The notes below the pieces were generated by a model, which saw nothing but the letters and a program-made list of their open reading frames with translations, searched no databases and had not been told where the DNA came from. The position numbers were made by a program, and so were the translations under genes. 64,000 bases of DNA from Cenococcum geophilum (taxonomy: Eukaryota), in assembly GCA_050273025.1 (NCBI GenBank), contig CP158635.1, positions 12,090,001 to 12,154,000 of the forward strand. Direction: 5' to 3'. Positions 1 to 11,931 of the stretch are shown here, piece after piece; position 1 is the first letter of the stretch, and the number at the start of each line of letters is the position of its first letter.

Positions 1-84
1 TTACAACACCTAGTAGGTGTTATAGTTAGGCCCTTCCTTAAAAACATACTCCCTTAGCCCGGAGAGCCTCTGCTACTACTGGGG

Positions 85-1060
85 GTAAGCTTTGGGCAGA
101 GCCTCGCGCAGAGCCTCGTGCAGAGCCTTAGTAGACCTTCGTGCAGACCTTCGTGTAGACCTTCGTGCAGACCTTCGTGCAGACCTTCGTGCAGGCGTGT
201 AGACGTGTAGATGTGCAGATGTGCAGACGTTCGTACGGGCGATCAATTGCAGAGACGTTTGTAGAGACGATTGTATAGGCGTTCGTACGGGCGTTTGTAC
301 GGGCGATTGTAGAACCTTCCTAGTATACTAGTATATTAGTGCTGCGTGTTAGTAGAGCTTTGGGGCTCTATATAGGGCTTCGGGCAGAGCTTCGGGCAGA
401 GCTTCGGGCAGAGCTTCGAGCTTTGAGCAGAGCTTTGAGCAGAGCTTTGAGCAGAGCTTCGAGCAGAGCTTCGAGCAGAGCTTCGAGCAGAGCTTTGAGC
501 AGAGCTTCGTGCAGAGCTTAATGCAGAGCTTCGTGCAGAGCTTAATGCAGAGCTTCGTGCAGAGCCACGTGCAGGCGTGCAGACCTGCAGATGTGCAGAC
601 GTGCAGACGTGCAGACGTTCGTACGGGCGTGCAGACCTGTAGATGTGCAGATGTGTAGACGTGTAGACGTTCGTACGGGCGATCAATTGCAGAGACGTTT
701 GTAGAGACGATTGTATGGGCGTTCATACGGGCGTTCATACGAGCGATTATAGAACCTTCCTAGTATATTAGTGCTGCGTGTTAGTAGAGCTTTGGAGCTC
801 TATATAGGGCTTCGAGCAGAGCCTCGAGTAGAGCTTTGAGTAGAGCCTCGAGTAGAGCTTCGAGCAGAGCCTCGAGCAGAGCTTTAAGCAGCTTCAAGCA
901 GAGCTTCGAGCAGAGCTTTGAGCAGAGCTTTTACAGAGCTTCGTACAGAGCTTTGTGCAGAGCCTCCGCAGAGCCTTAGTAGAGCTCCGTGCAGAGCTCC
1001 GTGCAGGTCTCCCCCTAAGCTTCGTTCTGTAGAGCTCTCGCAAAGCTCTACAGCTCTACA
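85..1060. repeat. Minisatellite (~12-bp GCAGAGCTTCGA-type and 8-bp GTGCAGAC units) organised as a ~440-bp higher-order direct repeat
   Basis: Many GCAGAGCTT(C/T)G units. The block CGTTCGTACGGGCGATCAATTGCAGAGACGTTTGTAGAGACG occurs at ~228 and ~668. The overlapping ORFs are low-complexity artefacts. Confidence 0.85.
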
Positions 1061-1536
1061 CAGACGCGGAGCTTATAACTCTATTAGGGCCTACACTATA
1101 ACCTATAAAGGGCTGTAAAGTAAATAAATTAAATAGGTATATAGCAGATGGAATACCCACTAGTTGCGAAGAGGGCTGGTGGCGTAGGCGTAAGCGTGTT
1201 TACTACGCGCCTTAGTAGGGCAGTAGAATTGGAGCCTCTGCGGCAATAAACTCCTCTTAATATCGTGCGTGTATAAGGAGCTAAAGATCTCATAACTTAT
1301 AGAGTAGGCTTTTCTCTATAATTTGGTGTAATTTTTATATTAATAAGTATTGTAGGAGGGTAGATTAATTTTGTTAAAGTTAATAAGGTCTTCTTATATA
1401 AATGGTGTTTAGGTTTTCTATAAATCTCGCCAAAGTCCCTTAGACCAAGAAAACGATTGCCGTCCTAAATTAGCTTAGTGGACGGTGCGGATATTCCTAT
1501 ATCCGCACAATCGATTTCTTAGTCTGAGCTTCTGAG

Positions 1537-1915
1537 GTAATTATCCGGTAGCCCCAAAAACCACCAAAAATTGGAAAAACTGCACCTTAATATCTCGATA
1601 ACGGCTTAATAATAAATACCAAAATTTTATAATTAGCCTTTTATACCTATTTTAAACCTCTTATTAGATTTAAAAAATAATCTATTAAGTAGCTCTAGAG
1701 ATATCACGGATATTATAATTTAGTTTAAAATTGGGGGCTAAAACCCAATATCTAAATATTGGCCAGACTTATTATACTAGAACTTTATTAGGGGTCTTAA
1801 TATAGGCGTAAAAGGCTAATTATAAAATTTCAGAATTTATTATTAAGCCGTTGTCGAGATATTAAGGTGCAGTTTTTCTAGTTTTTGGTAGTTTTTGGGG
1901 CTACTGGATAGTTAC
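1537..1915. mobile_element. Foldback/MITE-like element with ~130-bp terminal inverted repeats
   Basis: GTAATTATCCGGTAGCCCCAAAAA...GCACCTTAATATCTCG at the left is the reverse complement (mostly transition differences) of CGAGATATTAAGGTGC...TTTTTGGGGCTACTGGATAGTTAC at the right. Confidence 0.7.
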
Positions 1916-4900
1916 GACCCGGGTTAATACGAGGTTAGGGCCACCCTTGCTAATAACGCGCCCGAACCCCACACGAGGTCGCGCAGCGACCGCCCCCGAG
2001 TACTTTCGCACGCGATTTTGGGCGAAAAGGTATATAATTTGTGTTAGATCAGTACTTCTAGACGGTCGCGTAATGTTGCTCTAAATTTATAACACCTAAA
2101 CGGGCTCTATTCCTACATTAAAGCGTCTTAGTTGCTGTAATACAGTCCTATATTAAGACGTCTTGGTTACTATAGTATAGTCCTATATTAAGGCGTCTTA
2201 GTTAATACAGTGCAGTCGTATATTAAGGCGTTTTAGTTACTATAATACAGTTCTATATTAAGGCGTCTTGGTCACTACAGTGCAGTTATATATTAAGGCG
2301 TCTTAGTTACTACAGTACAGTCCTATATTAAGACGTTTCGGTCACTAGTATAGTCCTATATTAAGGCGTCTCGGTTACTACAGTAAAATAGGTATTATTT
2401 ACTACTTAAGAGGGAGCCTCCCCTACCTTAGATATTCTTATAAAGCTAATCTAAAGAATACCGGCCTTATAGCTGTTCCAGCTAGTTAATAGCCTATTTC
2501 TTATCTCTTACCGTACCGTCTTCTACGCGCCGTTTTATATCCTTAATAATCCTACGGCAACGGCTATAGAATATAGCCTTACCATTAACCCGCTAGCGTG
2601 CCCCCTAGTAGCAATTAAGAGCTTTAATTAACGGCTTACCCGCTAGCCCTAAAGTCCACTTAGTCTAGAGCTAGAAAACCGAATTACCGCCTTAAAGTAT
2701 TTTATATTTCCTTGGCGGCGCCTATAGGTTAAGGATAAATAGAAGAGATAGTTAAGTATTAGCTTATGCCTGCGCTAGTAGGGGCGATGCGGATATAGTA
2801 GATGGTTAAGCGGGCGGTGCGGATATTATAGACGGCTAAGCGGATAGTATAGATATTATAGACGGCTAAGCAAACGGTACGGATATTGTAGACGGCGGCT
2901 AAGTAGGCAGTACGGATATTATAAACGGCTAAGTAGGCGGCGCAGATATGGTAGATATTATAGTAGACGGCGTAGGCTTGCCTAAAGGTAGATATATGGA
3001 CTCTATAGGCCCTATCTAGATACCCATCTTCCCTTACTAGATCTATATAGGTGTGAATAATGCTAATAACCTTTTTATTTCACTAAGGCGTTCTAAAATC
3101 GTCTATATGTGTAATTAAACCCCCTTTACCTTAGAGATCGCGGCCTTATATTTTAGCTTAGCTACGGCCTTATAAGCGGGCCAGTATTTCCGCATTATTA
3201 GCTTATTTAGCATAACTACGTTAGCTAGTAAACTTTCTACCCACGTAGCAAACCTCCGGTATTTCTTATAGCTAAAGAGGGGGTCCTTCTATAAGGGGTA
3301 GAGCGGGAACTACTTATATAGGATTACTAAGTCCTATAATAGGATTACCCTAAGCGCGTGGAGGAGGCGTAGAAATCCTAAGCCTGTAAGGTTAAGCTGT
3401 ATAACCTTATTATTAGCCCTACCTAGGTAGTAGGCCTCTATATGTTTTAGCTAGATATTAGTCTTAGGCCATATCTTTAAATAGAGGGCCTCCTCTAGCA
3501 CCTCCCGTGCGTAGGGGAGAAAGTAGCCCTTTCCTTCCTTTAGGAAGCCGGCAATTAACTGTATAAACGCACGGGGTAGGTAGCTAAGGTAGGCTCCTGT
3601 TATTACATCCGTATTCTAGCGTTTAGCCCGTTTAATTTAGGTCTCCTTAACGCCGCTAAGCTTAGTATATCGGACGCTCTGCTTATAGGCGCTATAGGTT
3701 TTCTCCTTTAAGTAAATTCCTACCCCCTAGAATATCTTTTTATTCCATTTAAACTGCGTATAATAGCTTAGCGGCTATTACGGTACTTTAATACTGCTAG
3801 GGAAGATATATAGGTTATAGTAGTCCTCCAGCTACTAAAAAAATAGGAAGCTCTTAGCACTGTCTTTACCCTAGTGGTTAAAGAAGTAGAAGGCTACTAT
3901 AGAGAGGGGGTAGAGGATAGGGTTAGCGTTCCGCATATAGCCCATATACTTAACCTTGCTGTGCTAATTCTGCTTCCCTTATATTATTAATATAATTATA
4001 TATAGCGCTAACTTGTCTAATTTAGGCCCTTCGTTCTTTAGTTTAATAAGGATAAGGTTAGTAAGCTAAATATCTTATCTACTTTTACTACGGGTAATAG
4101 TAGTATAGCTTAAGGAACAGGTTAGAAAACGGCAGCTATATAGACTAAATAGGGTATATATAAACCTAATAAATGCTTAGCTGCAGTTTAAAGGTAAAAC
4201 TTAACTAAATCTGGTATCTTAAAGCCCGTCTCCTAGCACTAAGTAATCGTCTTTTTAAGCCCTTTAACGTTATAGCCGCTAGTAATTATAAATAGGCCTT
4301 AATTAATAAAGTTAACGCGTTAAATCCGGTCCTTATTACGGCGGACGCTATCTAGTACTACTAAGAGCTTTACCCCCTATAGCGGCTGCGAGGTCTTACC
4401 TTCTAACTGCTATATATAAAGCTCGGTAATAGTGGAGATATAGCTATTTACAACTAAGTATTAGACTATTTTATTAAATAGGGCGTCTAAGGCCTCCTCG
4501 TCCTATATCTCCCCTTCCTCCTTTACAGCTTCCTCCCCTATACTTACGGCTGCCCCTATAGCTACCCCTATAGCTACCTTCCCCTCTAGCTACCCTACCC
4601 GCTTAACTATCTTCTACCTCTTCTTTACCCGCTTACTATCTTTCTATATCTCTTTCTGTTTTAACTTCCGTTTTTAATAACTAGCAGCCTATAATTCTTA
4701 GTTAATAACTTACTACTCTAAAAATAGGCAAAGCTTATCTTCTATTACCTAGGCGCTGTCCGTATTGCCTTCTAATCTTATATACCAGTCTTCCTACTCT
4801 TTTTGCTTTAGCTCGTACGCCCTTATAGTATTTTTTAAGCGCTAGGCCTTATAAATATTGTATAGCCATGCTATCTAGGCCTTAAATTCGCTCTAGAGGC

Positions 4901-5407
4901 TATAGGGGGAGAAGGCTAGGGGGGCTTCCGTTAACCGTAAAGTGAACTATAGGGTAAGGAGATTCTTAAAAGACTCTATATCCGTAAAAGGTAAGGGGGA
5001 GACGCGTAAGCGTAGTATAGGTAAATAAAGCCACCAAACGCGTAAATATTAAAGGAGAAGAAGGAGAAGAGGGCTTTATATTATATAATTATAATTACGG
5101 TAGGCCTTTCTATATAAAATTAGAAGCCCTACGCGAGCTAGCGCAGGTATAAGGATAGGAGAGGGTTGGAAAATAGATTATTAAGGTAATAGTAAGGTTA
5201 AAGGCACGCTAAGGCCCTCTATACTAACCTAATACTAACCTAGGCCTCAAAAACGCGTCTAAAAAGTAGGGGCCACTACTAAAGGGGGGGGGTAATATTT
5301 AGACGATATGTCGCGGACCTTAGGGGGTTATATGTAACCTAAGGTTATACTAAGCCTAACCCGGACCTCTAATACCTATTATATATTAGGGGGGCTAATT
5401 TGGCGCG
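1911..5407 (-). mobile_element. Crypton-F (tyrosine recombinase, Ndc10-like + GCR1_C domains) DNA transposon, copy 1, RIP-inactivated
   Basis: Minus-strand translation through RIP stops gives GKQN*HGKVKYMGYMRNANPILYPLS..AFYFF and GAYLSYLPRAFIQLIAGF (Ndc10/Crypton YR). A C-terminal KWTLGLAGKPLIKALN..GAR*RVNGKAIFYSRCRRII resembles GCR1_C. Relic CDS spans ~2440-4980. Confidence 0.85.
2116..2385. repeat. ~39-bp tandem repeat (about 7 units) in the Crypton 3' region; also at ~5613-5880
   Basis: Recurring TATTAAGGCGTCTTAGTTACTA..GT.CAGTCC units. Confidence 0.8.
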
Positions 5408-8400
5408 GTTATAACCCGGGTTAATATAAGGTTAGGGCCACCCTTATTAATAACGCGCCTAAACCCCATACGAGGTCGCGCAGCAACCGCCCCTAAGTAC
5501 TTTCGCACACGATTTTAGGCGAAAAGGTATATAATTTATATTAGATCGGTACTTCTGGACGGTCGCGTAATATTACTCTAAATTTATAATACCTAAACGG
5601 GCTCTATTCCTACATTAAGGCGTCTTAGTTATTATAATACAGTCCTATATTAAGACGTCTTAGTTACTATAGTATAGTCCTATATTAAGGCGTCTTAGTT
5701 AATACAGTATAGTTATATATTAAGGCGTTTTGGTTACTATAGTGCAGTTCTGCATTAAGGCGTCTTAGTCACTATAGTGCAGTTATATATTAAGGCGTCT
5801 TAGTTACTATAGTGCAGTCCTATATTAAGACGTTTCGGTCACTAGTATAGTCCTATATTAAGGCGTCTCGGTTACTATAGTAAAATAGATATTATTTACT
5901 ACTTAAGAGGGAGCCTCCTCTACCTTAGATATTCTTATAAAGCCAATCTAAAGAATGCCGGCCTTATAGCTGTTCCAGCTAGTTAATAGCCTATCTCTTA
6001 TCTCTTACCATACCGTCTTCTACGCGCCGTTTTATATCCTTAATAATCCTACGGCGACGGCTGTAGAATATAGCCTTGCCGTTAACCCGCTAGCGTACCC
6101 CCTAGTAATAATTAAGAGCTTTAATTAACGGTCTACCCGCTAGCCCTAAAGTCCACTTAGTCTAGAGCTAGAAAACTAAATTACCGCCTTAAAGCATTTT
6201 ATATTTCCTTAGCGGCGCCTATAGGTTAAGGATAAATAAGAGAGATAGTTAAGTATTAGCTTGTGCCTACGCTAGTAAGGGCAATATAGATATAGTAGAC
6301 GGCTAAGCGGGCGGTGCGGATATTGTAGACGGTTAAGTAAACGGTATAGATATTATAGACAGCTAAGCGGATAGTGCGGATATTATAAATGGCGGCTGAG
6401 CGGGTAGTACAGATATTATAAACGGCTAAGCAGGCGGCGCGGATATAGTAGATATTATAGTAGACGGCATAGGCTCGCCTAAAGGTAGACGTATAGACTC
6501 TATAGGCCCTATCTAGATACCCGTCTTCCCTTACTAGATCTATATAGGTGTAAATAATGCTAATAACCTTTTTATTTCGCTAAGGCGTTCTAAGATCATC
6601 TACACGCGTAATTAAACCCCCTTTACCTTAGAGATCGCGGCCTTATATCTTAGCTTAGCTACAGCCTTATAGGCAGGCCAATATTTCCACATTATTAGCT
6701 TATCTAGCGTAACTACATTAGCTAGCAAACTTTCTACCTATATAATAAACCTCTAGTATTCCTTATAGCCAAAGAGGGGGTCCTTCTATAGGGGGTAGAG
6801 CGGGAACTGCTTACGTAGAATTACTAAGTCCTATAATAGGATTACCCTAAGCGTATAGAGGAGGCGTAGAAATCCTAAGCCCGTAAGGTTAAGCCGTATA
6901 ACCTTATTATCGGCCCTACCTAGGTAGTAGGCCTCTATGCGTTTTAGCTAGACGTTAGTCTTAGGCCATATCTTTAAATAGAGGGCCTCCTCTGGCACCT
7001 CCCGTGCGTGGGGGAGAAAGTAGCCCTTTCCTTCCTTTAGGAAGCCGGCGATCGACTATATAAACGCATAGGGTAGGTAGCTAAGGTAGGCTCCTATTAT
7101 TGCATCTATATTCCAGCATCCGGCCTATTTAATTTGGGTCTCCTTAACGCCGCTAAGCTTGGTATATTAGACGCTCTACTTATAGGCGCTATAGGTCTTC
7201 TTCTTTAAGTAAATTCCTACCCCCTAGAATATCTTTTTATTCTATTTAAACTGCGTATAATAGCTTAGCGGCCGTTATAGTACTTTAATACTGCTAGGGA
7301 AGATATATAGGTTATAGTAGTCCTCCGGCTACCAAAAGGATAGAAAGCTTTTAGCGCCGTCTTTACCCTAGTAGTTAAAGAAGTAAAAGGCTACTATAGA
7401 GAGGGGGTAGAGGATAGGGTTAGCGTTCCGCATATAGCCTATATACTTAACCTTACCGTGCTAATTCTGCTTCCCTTATATTATTAATATAATTATATAC
7501 GGCGCTAACTCGTCTAGTTTAGGCCCTTCGTTCTCTAGTTTAATAAGAATAAGGTTAGTAAGCTAAACGTCTTATTTACTTTTACCACGGGTAACGGTAG
7601 TATGGCCTAAGGAATGGGTTAGAAAACGGTAACTATATAGACTAGATAGGGTATATACGAACCTAATAAATGCTTAGCTACAGTTTAAAGGTAAGACTTA
7701 ACTAAACCTAGTATCTTAGAGCCCGTCTCCTAGCACTAAGTAATCACCTTTTTAAGCTCTTTAACGTTATAGCCGCTAGTAATTATAAATAGGCCTTAAT
7801 TAATAAAGTTAACGCGTTAAATCCGGTCCTTATTACAGCGGATACTATCTAGTACTACTAAGAGCTTTGCCCCCCGCAGCGGCTGCGAGGTCTTGCCTTC
7901 TAACTGCCATATATAAAGCTTAGTAATAGTAAAGACGTAGCTATTTATAACTAAGTATTGGACTATCTCGTTAAATAGGGCGTCTAAGGCCTCCTTGTCC
8001 CATATCTCCCCTTTCTCCTTTATAGCTTCCTCCCCTATACTTGCGGCTGCCCCTATAGCTACCCCTACGGCTGCCTTCCCCCCTAGCTGCCCTACCCGCT
8101 TAACTATCTTCTGCCTCTTCTTTACCCGCTTGCTATTTTTCTATATCTCTTTCCGTTTTAACTTCCGTTTTTAATAGCTAGCAGCCTATAATTCTCGGTT
8201 AACAACTTACTGCTCTAAAAATAGGTAAAGCTTATCTTCTGTTACCTAGGCGCCGTCTATATTGCCTTCTAGTCTTACGCACCAGTCTTCCCACTCTTTT
8301 TGCTTTAGCTTATACGCCCTTATAGTATTCTTCAAGCGCTAGGCCTTATAAATATCATATAGCCATGCTGTCTGGGCCTTAAATTCGCTCTAAAGGCTAT

Positions 8401-8875
8401 AGGGGGAGGAGGCTAGGGGGGCTTCTATCAACCGTAAAGTGGACTATAGGGTAAGGAGATTCTTAAAAGACTCCATATCTATAAAAGGTAAGGGGGAGAC
8501 GCGTAAGCGTGGCGTGGGTAAATAAAGCCACCAAACGCGTAAATATTAAAGGAGAAGAAGGAGAAGAGGGCTTTATATTATATAATTATAATTACAGTAG
8601 GCCTTTCTATATAAAATTAGAAGCCCTACGCGAGCTAGCGCGGGCACGAGGACAGGAGAGGGTTGGAAAATGGATTATTAAGGCGACGGTAAGGTCAAAG
8701 GCGCGCTAAGGCCCTCTATACTAACCTAGTACTAACCTAGGCCTCAAAAACGCGTCCGAAAAGTAGGGGCCACCACCAAAGGGGGGGGGTGATATTTGGA
8801 CGATATGTCGCGGACCTTGGGGGGTCGTGCGTAACCTGAGGTTATGCCAAGCCTAACCCGGACCTCCGATACCTA
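5408..8875 (-). mobile_element. Crypton-F copy 2, directly tandem to copy 1, RIP-inactivated
   Basis: Colinear with 1911-5407 (start GTTATAACCCGGG vs GTTACGACCCGGG). ATG at 8476 leads into ...KNTIRAYKLKQKEWEDWCVRLEGNIDGA*VTEDKLYLFLEQ (Crypton N-terminal region). Lacks the last ~30 bp of copy 1. Confidence 0.85.
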
Positions 8876-8940
8876 ATATTACTGAATAACTAATAGAATA
8901 CGTTATACGCGAGAGCACGGGGCTCTCCTATAGAGGCCCC

Positions 8941-10455
8941 TGCGGTAGGGTTTCGTGACATTTTAATTATTTTAAATATTAATACTAATATTAACTAGCT
9001 TATCCAAAACAATCAAACACGTTAGAATTCTCTTTTTATAGCTATTAGTCGCTTTCTAAATTACAAGCAATGTGTTAAACAATTCTGCGATACCTATATA
9101 CTATTAGCCGGCTTAAAGCCTCTATTAAACAATAATAAGCTCTAAGACCACTACTAAAAGGAGCTTAAACATCTATATAATTACCTTAAAATGTTTTACG
9201 GGGCTACTATTATAGTAGAAGGCAACGTAATAGGCCTTGCGGATCACTTTTAAACACTTAATTAGCTTCTAAATAAGCTTAATTCTATAAAGTAGAAGTT
9301 CTTAAAGCTTTTAGCTAAGAAGTAAAAGTACTACTATACTCGCTAGAAAGCTTAAAGCTATAAATATCTTATAGGTAGAGTAGAAGCTACTTAAGTAAAG
9401 TGCGAGAAGTATTACAAAAAGGCTAATAATACTAGGGTATACTACGTAGTAATTATACTTAACCTAACGCTTAAGATAAAGTAGTTTAAGTAGTAATAGG
9501 AGGACTTAACTAAGAAGCAGAAGTAGATCCTTATAGTTAAGAATCTAGTTAAGGAGCTCTGGCTCAAATATAAAGGCAAATATTCATTAAGCCTCTTAAA
9601 TTTACCTACCCTAAATCCTCTACTACCTCAGCCACAGTTAGTAAAGACGTATACCTCTACTTAGGCTTATAAACGCCTAAAAGTCTTATACCTAGTTTAG
9701 TCAATTAATCAACCCAATAAGGATAGCTTTAGATCCTACCTTAAAACGAACTGTAAGCCAGTTAGTAAAAACAAACAATTTAATATCTTATAATACTGGC
9801 TAAATCGCTATAAGAGCCAACCGGATTTAGCTCACTTTGCTCTTAATATACTTATGGTGCCTCCTATATTAGATAAATACAAGAGACTATTTAGTAGTTG
9901 TAAGATTCTACTTAAAGATCGTTAGTCTTAATTGCGAATAGATATAATTAAGGCGAATAAGTGTCTTCAGCACTCATACGGGCCTCCGCAAAAAGGAGCA
10001 TTTAATAATTAGGAGGTTAGAGAGGTAAAAGGAGAGCCCGCAGCTCCTTTTCTATCACCTATATAAGCCTCTACCGCTCGTAAGGCTGCAGAAGCTCTGC
10101 CTTAACCACCTAAGGTAGTTAGTAAGGCTTAGGGTAAGGGCCTTAAGGAAGAGTTTAACGCAATTAAAGGCTTTAAGGTAGAAGATATACTTAGCAATAA
10201 GGTAGAGGTTATTAAGAACGATAAGATTATAGAGGGAGACTCAAAGGGAGGTAGTAAGCAAATCTAACACCCTTTTTAGTAAGTTCAACTACATTCTACT
10301 CCTTAATTATAACACCAAACCCATGCCAAGACTTACTATATATAGTATATATCTACACTGGAGCGCCATGGCGATCCTAGCGGCAAATCGTCTTTTTAAT
10401 GGATGGCGTGGATTTGGCCTCAGATCCACGCCACGCCAATCCAACAAGATCACTG
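8941..10455 (+). mobile_element. hAT transposon 3' remnant with C-terminal dimerisation domain and terminal inverted repeat
   Basis: ~9790-9980 translates YWLNRYKSQPDLAHFALNILMVPPILDKYKRLFSSCKILLKDR..LRIDIIKANKCL (RIP'd hATC consensus). The element ends ...AACAAGATCACTG (CAGTG terminus). Confidence 0.8.
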
Positions 10456-11307
10456 ACTCGTGTATAGATTAATCTATGAAGAAAAGAGACTGTATATACA
10501 TAAGGTGGATAGCGAAACGCTGACAACGACGATTCGTAATTGCCGCTGGGACCGCATTGCCACCTCGGTCAACAGCTATAAGTTTTATAGTAACTAATCC
10601 TAATAATTGAGATATAGGTAAACTGTGGGCTACAGATTTATATACCTCTAAGCACTGGCAAAGGCCTAGGACGGTAATTATAAAGATTAACAATGGAAAT
10701 TAAAATCCCGGTACCCAAGAGGGCTAAGAGATAAGTCGCCGCTATACCATAATAGGTATCTTTATGGACATTTTATGGACATGGGAAACGCGTGGTTTGG
10801 CTAAATAAAGAGACGATGCTTAAAAAAGGGTAGCAGCACACTAGGCCAGAATTTACCAGAGTTATTTTCGCTCTGCTATCAATGCGAGAGATTTGGGTTA
10901 TACACTAGAGATGGACTAAACCGAGATCTGTTGGATTTATATAGAGCACGGGCGGCGAGAGACCGATGGAGCATGCGAGCTATAACCATGGCGTGCAATA
11001 ATCATAAAAATGTCTCTCAGAACAGCCGACATAGGGTGAGAAATTCTCCGGTACGTTATTCAAGCGTTGAGCCCTAGACGCTCGTCATCCCATCCGTCTG
11101 CAATCTATCTGCAACACACGTGGCAAAAATCTCAGAACGGTTAACACAACCGTAACTCCATACAAGCTCCGACGAGTACAGTGCGCACGAATCAACGTAG
11201 GATGCCAATATGTAAGTGATATCCATAGGGTCCAAGCGTCTTCAAGGGTATGCAATGGGGTGCACACAATGCGGAGCGCCTATGCAACTCCTGCTGAATT
11301 CTGGGCT

Positions 11308-11929
11308 TAGGGATCATTTACTGACCTTTTCTCACCTGTTCGTCGCCCAAAAAACCCACTTAGAACGAACAGGTGCATATTTCCTGGCCGGTCAAATATC
11401 CAACAGGTAGGAGCTGTTTATTTTACCTCACCTGTTCGATTTCCACCTATTGGGCCGTCTTGGTAATGTTCCACCTGACCTGTTCGACCTCGCGCTTGCC
11501 GCGATTATGCGGTCAAAATAGTATATGTTGCGTGATCTTGCCCACCTGGACCATCATCGAACAGGTGGGATTCCACCTGCACCCTCTCTGTAGGAAAAAG
11601 GGGGTCTTGTATATTCACCTGGGCGGCCTGTTCGATCAATCCAACCTCGATCATGATGTTTTTTCGAAGGATGTACGCATCACGTGATTCTCACCAACCT
11701 CAACTAACTATAAGCTTATAACCCCTGCTCCACCGCTATTTCGCCTGCCTGCGACCTTGGCGACTACCTCTGGTAAACGAACCGCTCTCACCTGTTCGAT
11801 CTACACCCCTGCACGAGCGCTTGCTAGTGACGCTTACAATCCACCTGATAGGCCTTAATTTGATCCTCCTGGCGGCGTCGAATAGGTGAGCGTGAACAGG
11901 TGAAAAAATGGTAGTAAAACGAGCCCTTA
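11308..11929. mobile_element. Non-autonomous hAT/MITE-like element with imperfect TIRs and many CACCTGTTCG subterminal motifs
   Basis: Left end TTAGGGATCATTTACTGACCTTTTCTCACCTGTTCG vs reverse complement of right end TAAGGGCTCGTTTTACTACCATTTTTTCACCTGTTCA. About 9 copies of (CA)CCTGTTCG in both orientations. No clear TSD. Confidence 0.6.
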
Positions 11930-11931
11930 AT

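Noticed and set aside
336..1118. Repetitive ORFs (SSAR/KLCS repeats) as real proteins
   Set aside because: They are translations of a 12-bp minisatellite open in several frames within RIPed DNA.
2116..2385. CRISPR-like array
   Set aside because: Contiguous tandem units without unique spacers, no cas genes, eukaryotic context.
8509..8709. 66-aa plus-strand ORF
   Set aside because: Lies in the Crypton 5' region, is interrupted by stops in copy 1 and has no recognisable motif.
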